DNA of 44,709 nucleotides from Octopus bimaculoides (GCF_001194135.2 NC_068983.1:43227417-43272125); one strand, 5' to 3'; counted from the first letter of the stretch, positions 1 to 11,189 are shown. Notes: generated from the letters alone by a model not told the origin. Numbers and translations: made by a program.

Positions 1-129
1 AGCGGTAGAAACTCTGCCAGATCAGATTGGAGCTTGGTGCAGCCTTCTGGCTTGCCAGTCCTCAGTCAAATCGTCCAACCCATGCTAGCATGGAAAGCGG
101 ACGTTAAACGATGATGATGATGATGATGA
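1..129 (+). mobile_element. 3' tail of the RTE-like LINE family with (GAT)n tail
   Basis: gtccaacccatgctagcatggaaagcggacgttaaacgatgatgatg is homologous to the 3' end of the RT-bearing copy at 20240-22078. Confidence 0.8.
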
Positions 130-149
130 TATATATATATAGTTGGAAT

Positions 150-335
150 TTACAAAAAACAAAACAAAAGACAAAGATGGGGCTGTAAACAACAAACAGG
201 TGTATTAGTTTAACACTGAGGAAGTGAGAAAGTCTTTAACGTTTCAAGCCTACGCTCTTCGACAGTAAGGAACACAGAAATAAACAGGGAGAGAAAATAA
301 AAAAGGTTTAGTGGCTAGTGATCAATCATGGCAAA
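150..335 (-). mobile_element. Probable Penelope-like terminal repeat remnant with degenerate hammerhead-like core
   Basis: Minus strand 233-265 reads ctgtcga-agagc-gtag-gctt-gaaa-cgtta. It lies downstream of the Penelope-like ORF fragment in the same orientation. Confidence 0.4.
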
Positions 336-529
336 TGCCGGACAGAGGTGATCAGACAGGAGAGCTAGGAAGAAGGGGAAATGAAAAAAAGTAGTGGTGA
401 TCCCAAAGTAAAGGTGTACGTGCGTGTGTATGTGAGAGCGTGTATGTGCATGTGGATAGGGGCTGGTGACCTTGTCGTGCACATATGTAGGTGTGTGGAT
501 GACGGTGTGGGTACTGTGAAGTGATCAGA

Positions 530-960
530 GCTAGTGTGTGCGGGTTGGTGTGATGTGGTGTGGTGTGGTATGGTGATGTGTGGTGTGGTAGTGTGTGGTG
601 TAGTAATGTGTGCTGTGGTGTGGTGGTGTGGTGTGGTAAGATGTGGTGTGTGGTGGTGTTGAGGTGTGGGGGAGGCGAGGGTGACGGAAGCAAGGGTGGT
701 GTGTGCGTTGGGGGTAGGGGTGGGGTATGTAGGAGTGGGGTTTGAGGGTGGGGTATGTGCTTTTGGAATGTGTGGGATGGGATGTATAGAGAGGGTGGGA
801 GTGTGTAGAGGTGGGGTAACGATGGAGGGGTGATGATGAAGGGAGAGGGTGGAAGGGGATGATGAGTAGGAGTGAAGGGAGGAAGTAGGTGTCAGAGCAA
901 GAGAGAAGAGGAGAGGTGGGTGGGAGTGAAGGAAGGAAATAAGTGTGAGAGGAAGAGAGG
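530..960. repeat. Low-complexity (TGGTG/TG)n and purine-rich tract
   Basis: Visible simple repeats. The source of the His/Thr/Pro-rich ORFs in the track. Confidence 0.85.
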
Positions 961-1857
961 AGAGGGGAGGGGGTTAGATGAAGCTCATGTGGTGCAAAGG
1001 AGTGAAGATAGAAGATTAATTCCTGTTCATGGTGAAGATGGGAATCCGGATGGCCTCTGTGCAAGGACAATCTGAACTCAGACAGGTGTTGTGAAGAATG
1101 ACCGGCAGAGTGGAAATGGTGTGAGACTGGGGTGGCGTTGCCAAGTCTGATGTTTCAGAGGTGTTCTGTGAACCAGTCAGCCAAGCGGCGTCCCAATTGA
1201 CCGATGTACAGAGAAGGACAGAGAGAGCAGGAGAGGCAGTAGATGACATTGCTAGAAGTGCAGGTAAAGGAGTCAGTGATATGACAGGGTTGATGATGGG
1301 TGCTGGTGTTGGAGAGGCATGGGCAATTGCAGCAGCATAGTCGGGAACAGGGGAATGAGCTGGGTTGGGGGGTTGGGTTAGGGAAGAAACTGTGGACCAG
1401 GTCACGTAGGTTGTGTGCTTGTTTGAAGGAGGGGAGGGGTTGGTTAGGGAAGATGGAGGGATCGGACTGGGGTCGCTGGAAGCCGTGGAGAATGGTGCAT
1501 TGGAGAAGTAGGGTGGAGGGGTGGTAGGTGAGGGGAAACGAGTAAGGGTGGTGTGGATAGTGGTGAGGGGATGTCCACGTAGGATGAAGTGTTGAGTCAT
1601 GAGTTGAGACTGAGTCTCAAAGTCATGTTTGTCACTGCAGAGCCTGTGCAGACGGAGGAATTGGGAATAGGGGATGGAGAGCTTGGTGTGTTTAGAAGTG
1701 GAGGGCAGGATGGAAGGATCGGACAAAAGAGAGGAAGGAGAGTGAGGTCGCTCCAATACAGTCGTCAATATAATGACCATATAGTTCGGAAATGGGACCA
1801 GTGAAACTTGAGAATATTTGGGCCTCAACGTAGCCAATGAACAGGTTCGCATAGTAC
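960..1857 (-). mobile_element. Penelope-like element fragment (RT C-terminus and GIY-YIG endonuclease), frameshifted
   Basis: RT motif YGHYIDDCIG (YIDD at 1761-1772), thumb region HTKLSIPYSQFLRLHRLCS, a Cys-rich linker, then FTCTSSNVIYCLSCSLCPSLYIGQLGRRL. Confidence 0.88.
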
Positions 1858-2132
1858 CCTTAATGTAGTTCTCAGAGAGATTCAGCATGACACAGAGTGT
1901 GACAAGGCTGGGCCTCCTTTGAAATACAGGTACAATAGAAACAAGAAGAAAGAGTGAAGGATAGTTGTGGTGAAAGAATACAGCAGGGTTCGCCATCACC
2001 CTCTGCCGGAGCCTCGTGGAGCTTTAGGTATTTTCACTCAATAAACACTCACAATGCCTGGTCTGGGAATCGAAACCATGATCCTACGACTGCAAGTCCA
2101 CTGCACTAACTACTGGACCCTTGCGCCTCAAC
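1858..2132 (-). mobile_element. tRNA-derived SINE, 3'-truncated, abutting the Penelope-like fragment
   Basis: Homologous to the full-length SINE at 10175-10560. tRNA-like head with B box ggtttcgattcc. Confidence 0.85.
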
Positions 2133-2218
2133 ATGTATACTATAATCATCAGTTCTTTACTTGTTTACATCTATTTTCCATGCTGTCACAGGTTGAAATG
2201 TTAGGCTGGATCCAATGT

Positions 2219-2277
2219 AATGTTGTATCCAAATAATGTTGTATCCAAATAATGTTGGATCCAAATAATGTTGTATC
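2219..2277. repeat. Short tandem repeat, 16-bp unit aatgttgtatccaaat, about 3.7 copies
   Basis: Directly visible, with one substitution in copy 3. Confidence 0.9.
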
Positions 2278-2478
2278 TTGTGATTTATAAAAAAAGATAT
2301 GAAATGAAGTGCATAGCAATACAAGATGAAAATTAGTGTTATTAAGATTACCAAATTATAATACAATGATATGAGTTTGGGAATCTTAGTTTAATATTGG
2401 TTTTAAATTTTAAATGGTAAACATTTTTGATGACAGGGTAATGATTCTGCCAACTCACCACATTAACTTTGTTTAATA

Positions 2479-2695
2479 TTGGTTTCAAATTTTGGCACAA
2501 GACCAGCAATATCGGTGGAGGGGTAAGTTAATTACATTGACCCCAATGTTCAGCCGGTACTGTTTTTTATTGACCCTGAAAGGATGAAAGTCAAAATTGA
2601 GCCTGGCATAATTGGAACTCAGAATGTAAAGATAGAAGAAATGTCGCTAAGCATTTTTTTGTGGCACGGTGATAGTTCTACCATCTTGCTGTCTC
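2479..2695 (-). mobile_element. SINE (second family), left member of an inverted pair
   Basis: ttggtttcaaattttggcacaag...gaaaggatgaaag...gaactcagaatg is the reverse complement of 2723-2940. Further copies at 18785-18935 and 39055-39275. Confidence 0.8.
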
Positions 2696-2722
2696 AACTT
2701 GGTTTAATATTAGAACTAGATG

Positions 2723-2940
2723 AGGATGGTCTGCAGGCAGAATCATTAACATATTGGGCAAAATTCTTTGTGGCATTTCATCTGTGTTTTTATGGTCTGA
2801 GTTCAAATTCCACTGAGGTCAACTTTGCCTTTCATCCTTTCAGGGTTGATAAAATAAGAACCAGTAGAATACAGGGGCTGATGTAATCAACCCACCCCCT
2901 CCCTCAAATTTGCTGGCCTTGTGCTAGAATTTGAAACCAA
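2723..2940 (+). mobile_element. SINE (second family), right member of an inverted pair
   Basis: ggcagaatcattaac...ctgagttcaaattcc (B-box-like)...gctggccttgtgctagaatttgaaaccaa. Confidence 0.8.
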
Positions 2941-3413
2941 TGTTAGATCTAAGTATGTTACTAAAGTGTAAGTAAAACACTAAAATTGATTTCTAATCAT
3001 GAAAGATTATTGAACATTTTAATTGTGATCCTATAAATGTTTTAAAGTAATCAATTTAAAGTTAAAAATATATCTGTCTGTCATCTGCTTCCAATAATTG
3101 ATGCAGCCTGTTGTTTGAATGATAATAGGGTTGTTTAATCACAACTATTTATGAGAGAAAAGATATAGACCTAAAATGATTACAAAAGTAGCTTAATTAT
3201 AAGGATATATTTTCAAGATGCAATTAAACATGTTTCAAAGTGTTCTTTAGGTGGGGGATATAACCGGGTTTAAAGGGAAAGATGCATATTTATGAGAATT
3301 GTGGTTTTAATTTGGTAGTTTTAACTGGTAGTGATTTCAGTTTTTTCATAATTTGTGGTTATATGTTCAAATAGACACAGTTACTCTCTCTTTCTATCTC
3401 TCTGTCTTTCCTA

Positions 3414-3445
<32 letters not shown>

Positions 3446-3542
3446 TGTTTGTTTGATTTATGCAATTTACCTTCAGCATAAATATATTTTACATTTATAG
3501 TATGTGCCTATGTCCCTTAGCTGCTGGAGGAAAATTTTCAGG

Positions 3543-3574
3543 CTGATGATGCCTCCAGATGCAGAAAACGCATC
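3543..3574 (+). ncRNA. Degenerate hammerhead-like motif
   Basis: ctgatga-tgc-ctccagat-gca-gaaa-acgcatc. Core and a 3-bp stem II are present; stems I and III are weak. Confidence 0.25.
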
Positions 3575-3849
3575 TCCACAACTGTCCTCCAGACAATCAG
3601 CCTTTCCTTTTCCTCAATGGCAAGTCAGCTTTTGAAACTTCCTGATTCTTGAAATTATCTTCCCTTCTCAGAGGGAACTCGTCTTGATTGCCCTTTGCTA
3701 ATTATGACGCATCCTCTAGAGGTGGAGATAATTTTGATAAATCAAAAATTCATTTTGTATTCTATTCGATATACCTGTGTCCGTCTATGTAGCTCAAATA
3801 CATCATTGGCTACTTGGAGATGTTTCTCTTAGCACATTTTTGTCTAATT

Positions 3850-3851
3850 AT

Positions 3852-3896
<45 letters not shown>

Positions 3897-4260
3897 TGTA
3901 TGTATGTATGTATGTATGTATGTATGTGTATATATACATATATACACACATCAATGTGAAAGAGAGAGATATCGATATGCACACACATATATATATATAT
4001 ATATATGTAAAATCATTTACACTGAAAGCATATATATATATAATATATACACAAATATACATATACATACATACATATATATATATATANNNNNNNNNNN
4101 NNNNNNNNNNNNNNNNNNNNNNNNNNNNNNNNNNNNNNNNNNNNNNNNNNNNNNNNNNNNNNNNTATATATAAATATATTTATACACACACACTCACACT
4201 AACACACATGAAGCACACAAGCACATACACAAACATACAAACATACAAACATACAAACAC
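3850..4260. repeat. Compound microsatellite (CA)n/(TATG)n/(TA)n spanning an N gap (4090-4164)
   Basis: Directly visible. Confidence 0.95.
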
Positions 4261-4284
4261 ACCTATGTGTACAGAATAAGATCA

Positions 4285-4445
4285 TCACAGAGGTTGTTTT
4301 TCTTTATCACCTTTACAGCAAAAACAAAATGGTTTTGAAAATAATGCTTCAGTTTCTTCAAGTTTTTTCCCTTTCGTCTCAGGTAGATAAACATACCAAA
4401 AGGTCAGGCCAACCAGTGTAATACAAGACATCAGAAAATAAGACC
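4285..4445 (-). CDS. SLC2A13-like: HMIT-like terminal coding exon (TM12, PETKG, stop)
   Basis: Acceptor caacAG, 161 nt. Translates (G)SYFLMSCITLVGLTFWYVYLPETKGKKLEETEALFSKPFCFCCKGDKEKQPL followed by TGA TGA. Confidence 0.96.
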
Positions 4446-4772
4446 CTGTTGAGAGATAAAAATAAAAATAAATATCATGTGTAATAATTGGCTGGAGAGG
4501 TGTAATATTTGTGGGTGTTAAATTATGAAGAAATCAATAATTGATAATATACAAGTGTCTTTTCATCATCGATGACAGAGGTGGCGATGACAGCGTCATC
4601 ATTATCATCATCATCATTGCGTAATAATGACAGATTTTTAAAAAAGACTAAAATTTGGCAATGGGTTCTAGTTAAGAGAGGAGGAGTGAGATGAGGTAAC
4701 TATCTGCTGTGATTGTCATGGTGGTGATGGAATATTAAGAGCTACCATGAAAGTCATTGAATTATTGAAAAC

Positions 4773-4832
<60 letters not shown>

Positions 4833-4851
4833 TGCAGCAGCAGCAGCAGCA
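4773..4851. repeat. (GTA)n followed by (GCA)n microsatellite
   Basis: Directly visible. Explains the poly-Val/poly-Ala ORF at 4747-4983. Confidence 0.95.
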
Positions 4852-5346
4852 GTTTTTTCAGATAATTATGAGATTATAGTTGTTCCTGCCATGACTCTCC
4901 TGCCTTTCAGACAAACTTTTATGTATGCAGCATTATACTATCCAGTGTGTTCTGCCTTTTATTTTCCTTTTAACATCTTATAAGTGTTAATACAAGAGGG
5001 ATTTCACTGCTATTTCTAACATACTGATTAACCACATAAAGACATCTTCTGACAGAATTAACCAAATATAAAAACTAATAAATCTCCTTTAATTTGAAAT
5101 AGTTTAAAGTGAGGATATTTAAGAAATTAAAAACTAAACATGTCTCATGTTAAGGGAATTTAAGGTCTGCTGCAAGGGTTTTGTTATTCCCACTGGAAGG
5201 GGTCACTTAGATCTATTTATTTCAGCTTAGTAAGCAGAATATTAATCCATCTAATGGCACTTTATGGTAAGGGTGCCTCTGAAAGACCTATAGCACCTCA
5301 TACAAACCAGCCATTAAGGAAATTGCACAAATGTAATACAGTACTC

Positions 5347-5565
5347 TTTTACTTGTTTCAGTCATTTGACTGCAGCCATGCTGGAGCACCGCCTTTAGTC
5401 GAGCAAATCGACCCCAGGACTTACTCTTTGTAAGCCTAGTACTTATTCTATCGGTCTCTTTTTGTTAAACAGCTAAGTTACGGGGACGTAAACACACCAG
5501 CATCGGTTGGCAAGCGATGTTGGGGGGGGGGGACAAACACAGACACACAAACACACATACATACA

Positions 5566-5596
<31 letters not shown>
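5347..5596 (-). mobile_element. SINE (third family, with internal microsatellite), 3' half running into the gap
   Basis: ttttacttgtttcagtcatttgactgcagccatgctggagcaccgcctttagtcgagc... is shared with 13855, 14332, 26710, 26935 and 36935. Confidence 0.85.
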
Positions 5597-6529
5597 NNNN
5601 NNNNNNNNNNNNNNNNNNNNNNNNNNNNNNNNNNNNNNNNNNNNNNNNNNNNNNNNNNNNNNNNNNNNNNNNNNNNNNNNNNNNNNNNNNNNNNNNNNNN
5701 NNNNNNNNNNNNNNNNNNNNNNNNNNNNNNNNNNNNNNNNNNNNNNNNNNNNNNNNNNNNNNNNNNNNNNNNNNNNNNNNNNNNNNNNNNNNNNNNNNNN
5801 NNNNNNNNNNNNNNNNNNNNNNNNNNNNNNNNNNNNNNNNNNNNNNNNNNNNNNNNNNNNNNNNNNNNNNNNNNNNNNNNNNNNNNNNNNNNNNNNNNNN
5901 NNNNNNNNNNNNNNNNNNNNNNNNNNNNNNNNNNNNNNNNNNNNNNNNNNNNNNNNNNNNNNNNNNNNNNNNNNNNNNNNNNNNNNNNNNNNNNNNNNNN
6001 NNNNNNNNNNNNNNNNNNNNNNNNNNNNNNNNNNNNNNNNNNNNNNNNNNNNNNNNNNNNNNNNNNNNNNNNNNNNNNNNNNNNNNNNNNNNNNNNNNNN
6101 NNNNNNNNNNNNNNNNNNNNNNNNNNNNNNNNNNNNNNNNNNNNNNNNNNNNNNNNNNNNNNNNNNNNNNNNNNNNNNNNNNNNNNNNNNNNNNNNNNNN
6201 NNNNNNNNNNNNNNNNNNNNNNNNNNNNNNNNNNNNNNNNNNNNNNNNNNNNNNNNNNNNNNNNNNNNNNNNNNNNNNNNNNNNNNNNNNNNNNNNNNNN
6301 NNNNNNNNNNNNNNNNNNNNNNNNNNNNNNNNNNNNNNNNNNNNNNNNNNNNNNNNNNNNNNNNNNNNNNNNNNNNNNNNNNNNNNNNNNNNNNNNNNNN
6401 NNNNNNNNNNNNNNNNNNNNNNNNNNNNNNNNNNNNNNNNNNNNNNNNNNNNNNNNNNNNNNNNNNNNNNNNNNNNNNNNNNNNNNNNNNNNNNNNNNNN
6501 NNNNNNNNNNNNNNNNNNNNNNNNNNNNN
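5597..6529. other. Assembly gap (largest). Other N runs at about 4090-4164, 11346-11354, 18078-18126, 20210-20219, 22123-22353, 23155-23407, 24342-24653 and 40885-40894
   Basis: Runs of N, mostly flanked by microsatellites. Confidence 0.99.
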
Positions 6530-6921
6530 ATATATATATATATATATATATATAGGGCAGGGAATTGTCAATTAATCAATAAATTAAAAATTAACAATTT
6601 TGCCAAGTAGTTCAGTATGCAAAAAACCTTTATCGGTAAAACATTTATAATTATAAACATAATATAGGGGTCCAAGTTGGCAAACGGAAGGGCCACTCTG
6701 GGCAGCATGCACTCTAGCTAACCTAGTGATGTGATGGCAGCATGAGTTGAAGGAATTTACTCTTAGATTCTGTCCAGAAACTCTGGCAGGTACAGCTCCC
6801 TTGGATATATCTCAACTGGAAAGGATTGGCATTATGAGAGTGCCATGAGGTAGGTGAATTGTGCTTTTCCCCCCATATCCCAGTTAACAAAAGATAAATG
6901 ATTTATAAAGGATATACAAAC

Positions 6922-7074
6922 CATATGATGTAATCTGTTGAGATAATGTTAGGAAATTTCCTGTTAATAACCAACTACACAACCACATGACTCCTACAAC
7001 GATGCCATTGCACTGGCTACGGGCCCACATTGGATAGACTTCAGCACATATCGTCCATGGTAATGATCCTAAAC
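6922..7074 (-). CDS. SLC2A13-like: HMIT-like exon (TM10-TM11)
   Basis: Acceptor ttttAG, donor GTttgt, 153 nt. Translates (G)LGSLPWTICAEVYPMWARSQCNGIVVGVMWLCSWLLTGNFLTLSQQITSY(G). Confidence 0.95.
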
Positions 7075-7159
7075 CTAAAATAACAAGAAAGAAAATTCTT
7101 TTTAACATTCCAGATCCATTTTCTGCCTTACTACAGATAATGGGACAATATATCCAAAC

Positions 7160-8218
7160 ACATTTGGCACAGTGTATCTATGGCAAGACAGTATATCCAG
7201 AGTGAGATGCAATTTAGATATGGTGAGACGTAGTACATCTATGGTTAAACACAGTGTATATATAGTAAGATAGTGTATATATGGTGGGACATAGTGCATA
7301 TGGTTACAAAGTGTGTCTCTTGTGAGATGCAATGTACCTACAGTGAGACAATGTATCTATGGCAAGACAGTGTATCTATAATGAGACAGTGTATCTATAG
7401 TGAAACAGTGTAGCTATAGTGAGACACAACATATCTATAGTGATAGTGAGACAGTGTATCTATAGTGAGACAGTTTATCGTGAGACAGAGTATCTATAGT
7501 AAGACACAGCATATCTGCAGTGGGACAGTGTATCTACAGTGAGACAGAGCATATCAATAGTGAGACAGTGTATCTATAGCAAGACACAGTATATCTGTTG
7601 TGAAACACAGTGTATCTATAATGAGACACTGTGTATCTATAGTGAGACCGTGTATCTATATTGAGACACAGCATATCTACCGTGGGACAGTGTATCTATA
7701 GTGAGACAGTGCATATTTATAGTGAGACAGTGTATCTATAGTGAGACACAGTGTATCTATAATGAGACAGTATATCTATAGTAAGACAGTGTATGTATAG
7801 TGAGACAGTGTATCTATAGTGAGACAGTGTATCTATAGTGAGGTACAGAGTAGCTATAGTGAGTCACAGTGTATCTATAGTGAGACAGTGTTACTATATA
7901 ATGAGTCACAGTGTATCTATAGTAAGACACAGTGTATCTTTAGTGAGACAGGGTATCTAGAGTGAGACAGTGTATCTAGAGTGAAACAGTGTATCTAGAG
8001 TGAGACACAGCATATCCATAGTGAGACAGTGTATCTATAGTGAGACTGTATCTATAGTGAGACACTGTAGTTATAGTGAAACACAGTGTATCTATAGTGG
8101 GACACTGTATCTATAGTGAGACAGAGTGTAGCTATAGTGAGACAGAGTGTAGCTATAGTGAGACACAGTGTATCTTTAGTGAGACAGTGTATCTACAGTG
8201 AGATAGTGTATCTCACTG
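7160..8218. repeat. Minisatellite, 19/21-bp units gtgagac(ac)agtgtatctata, filling most of an intron
   Basis: Dozens of tandem units. Degenerate toward 7160 and more homogeneous toward 8200. Confidence 0.95.
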
Positions 8219-8241
8219 ATTATAAATGAAAATTCACTTAC

Positions 8242-8492
8242 CTGATGCAAAACATGCAATATATAACACTTGACCAACTAATATCCAGAATATCAGATTG
8301 GAAGGGCAAATACTGTGTGACCATGTTAATATTGAGTTCTGATTCCCAGAGGAGGAAATGTTGCAACGACCAGTTGCCACTGATGGCATTTCCTGATTGA
8401 CTGGAAGACAAGAGCCATTGATGACTTCCAGAGAAGGTTCATTGACATAGCAGAAGCCACACTGTTGGTCTGAGACACAATCTAAACAAGAC
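8242..8492 (-). CDS. SLC2A13-like: HMIT-like exon (Cys-rich extracellular loop and first half of TM10)
   Basis: Acceptor ttgcAG, donor GTaagt, 251 nt. Translates SCLDCVSDQQCGFCYVNEPSLEVINGSCLPVNQEMPSVATGRCNISSSGNQNSILTWSHSICPSNLIFWILVGQVLYIACFAS(G). The CxxC...CGFC...SC.P...GRC...CP loop is typical of HMIT. Confidence 0.96.
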
Positions 8493-8794
8493 CTGCAACA
8501 TAAAATCGAATCAGTTCTTTAGGTCTTAACAAACAGTTTAAAGATGTGATGAGAAAATGGGGAGAGTAGAGGAGTAGATGGAGATGAAGAATATAAGTTA
8601 TTGGTGTTACTGTTGTGAAGGTGTGGTTAGGGCATTTGTCTCGAGATTGCAAGGGTATAAGTTTGATTCCTGAGAGCATGTTGTGGCCTTTGTTGTTATT
8701 AAGCTAGTGTCGTTTTGAACATAAATTAACATAAAATTTTGATGAAAGGTTTTAATTTAGATCACTTTAAAACCTTTTGTTACCATATTTCTCG

Positions 8795-8945
8795 GTGTTT
8801 GTGTGGTTGTGTGGTAGGAAGCTTGCTTCCCAACTACATGGTCCTGTGTTCAGTCCCGGGCAAGTGCGTTTTACTATGGTGTCAGGCCGCCAAAAGTTTT
8901 GTGAGTGGATTTGGTAGACAGAAACTGAAAGAAGCCCATCATATC
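8795..8945 (+). mobile_element. SINE third family, tRNA-like head
   Basis: ggttgtgtggtaggaagcttgcttcccaactacatggtcctgtgttcagtccc...gtgagtggatttggtagacagaaactgaaagaagccc. Confidence 0.75.
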
Positions 8946-9004
8946 TCTCTCTTTCACTGTCTCTCTCTCTATACATACACACACACATACAAACACACAT
9001 ATAT

Positions 9005-9235
9005 ATCATCATCATCATCATCATTTAATGCACATCTTCTATGCATGCATGGGTGGGACGGTTGACAGGAGGTGGTCAGGTAGATAAAAACTATCCTAGT
9101 CAACTGTGTCTGCCTTGGCAGGGTTTTTTATGGCTGGATGCCCTTCCTAACACCAACCACTCTGCAGAGTGGACTCAGTGCTTTTAACATGGCACCAACA
9201 CTGGCAAGGTAACCAAGTAACTTTGCAAGACCAGC
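9005..9235 (-). mobile_element. RTE-family 3' tail
   Basis: (ATC)n tail plus ctggatgcccttcctaacaccaaccactc. Confidence 0.75.
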
Positions 9236-9884
9236 AATTATGAGAGGGGCAGGGGCATTTGAGGAGGGGACCTTGTGTCAGAGGATGAAAGGTTAGAGTG
9301 TGACAAAGAGACAGAGTGGCAGAAGCAGATGTCTCGCCACAACAGAGGGAGCATTAGAGGTGATCTATTATCAAATGACGAACGGTTAGAGTGCAACAGA
9401 GAAATAGAGAGGCAGAAATAGGTGACTTGCTATAGAGGAAGTACATGGTTACCCAGAGAGAGAGAGAGTTTGAGAGAGAGGTGCAAGAAAAAGGCCAGAA
9501 AGAAGTGTGCTGATGTAAAGGAGATGTAGTCAGAGGAAAACCAAGAGAAGTAGAGAGAGTGATCAAAGGGAAAGAGAGAGAGTGAGAGAGAGAGTAGGAA
9601 ACAGCAAAAGTGCAAGAGAGAGCAGAAGAGAGATGATGTAGTGCTAGGGTATACTCACAAGTAACAAGGATCTGAATATAGAACATCGGTGCAAAAATGG
9701 ATACAGGGAGCAGTGATACAGTGAGGTTAGTGAGGGCAAAAAAGGGGACTGGAAAACAATCATAATTTATGAAGAGGAAATGTGAGAAAGATGCAGTTTA
9801 GAAGAGGAGTTGTAGTTTGGTTTCTTAGAGTAGAGTGGGTGAAAAGTGTGTTGTTACATGTGGGTGGGACACAACTCTTCTAGC

Positions 9885-10174
9885 ACTTAGTTTCGTGGAT
9901 AGTTCTCCTCTAGAACCTCATATCACCAAACATCTCAGTTCCCTGACATTTCTTCTGTGAGCTCCAATATCCTAAGATTGGTCCTCACCACTTCATCCCA
10001 TATCTTTCTGGGTCTCCCTCTTCCACGGGTACCATCCACTTTCAGCAACAGGTACTTCTGTACACAGCTGTCTTCACTTCATATGAATCACTTGTCAAAA
10101 CCAACACATTCTCCTCTCTCACATACCACTTATGCCTAACTTTTCTCTCAACACAGTTATGCTTTGTTGGTCAT
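9885..10174 (-). mobile_element. Degenerate RTE ORF2 C-terminal fragment interrupted by a SINE; resumes after 10560
   Basis: Reverse strand encodes a GTRGRGRPRKIWDEVV-like segment, homologous to 20863-21130. Confidence 0.75.
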
Positions 10175-10560
10175 GTGTTGGCACTCCATCGCTTACGACG
10201 TCGAGGGTTCCAGTTGATCAGGTCAACGGAACAGCCTGCTCGTGAAATTAACGTGCAAGAGGCTGAGCACTCCACAGACACGTGTATCCTTAACGTAGTT
10301 CTCGGGGATATTCAGCGTGACACAGAGTGTGACAAGGCTGACCCTTTGAAATACAGGTACAACAGAAACAGGAAGTAAGAGTGAGAGAAAGTTGTGGTGA
10401 AAGAGTACAGCAGGGGTCGCCACCTTCCCCTGCTGGAGCCTCGTGGAGCTTTAGGTGTTTTCACTCAATAAACACTCACAACGCCCGGTCCTGGAATCGA
10501 AACCATGATCCTATGACCGCGAGTCCGCTGCCCTAACCACTGGGCCATTGCGCCTCCACC
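10175..10560 (-). mobile_element. Full-length tRNA-derived SINE with 10-bp target-site duplication
   Basis: A box tggcccagtggttagg and B box ggtttcgattcc. Direct repeat TGTTGGTCAT at 10165-10174 and 10561-10570. Confidence 0.92.
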
Positions 10561-11185
10561 TGTTGGTCATATACACTGATATATATTACATTCTATATAA
10601 ATAGAAGTGTGTGTGGTTATGTATGTGTGTTTAGCCCTGAAAAGTCTGAGGCGATGCATCCTTGAGAAAAACAAATTTTATTTTTGAAATCTGCCTCCCA
10701 AAGAGAAGGATATCAGTAAATAATAATAAAAAAAAATACGATTTGCTAAGAAAAATAACTCTTTTAGATCAACAAATCTCCCATTCCCTACCTGTCACCA
10801 TCTTGGCTTTCTCTCTTTTATGCCTTCCCCTCTCTATATGTATTAACCACACTCTTTTATCACTCTCTCTTTGTATGTCTTATCTCTTGCATATGCTGCT
10901 TCCCCACCTCTCTTCATATGACTGGTAGTTGCTTTCATTTTGTTAAAAACTTCATCTTTTAATGTTTGCTTTCATTTAATGATACAGATATCACACACAA
11001 ATCCTGTCTTCTGATTGGGTAAAAATTATCAAAATTTAAACCTTTGTGACAATTTTCTAAAGTTTTTCTGGAATAAATGAATCACAAAATCAGATTCAGC
11101 ATGAAAAGGTGAGTCAATATACCAAATTTGAAAATTTTCACTTAATTTTAAAATGTCGAAATTTGTGACAGCAACAGAAAAGATC

Positions 11186-11189
<4 letters not shown>

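Noticed and set aside
352-1075. His/Thr/Pro-rich and Val/Cys-rich ORFs
   Set aside because: Translations of simple repeats. Only the Penelope C-terminal residues at about 960-1070 are meaningful.
3777-6610. Long ORFs made of HT, YI, VC repeats or X runs (also 11138-11461, 22029-24753, 40491-40768, 44365-44682)
   Set aside because: Artefacts of microsatellites and N gaps.
7160-8218. CRISPR-like array (also considered for 2219-2277 and 30380-32521)
   Set aside because: Units are directly adjacent with no unique spacers, there are no cas genes, and the context is a eukaryotic intron.
10480-10560. tRNA genes at SINE heads (also 13130-13197, 35715-35790, 44290-44360)
   Set aside because: A and B boxes are present but continue into shared SINE bodies, and no complete cloverleaf or acceptor stem is evident.
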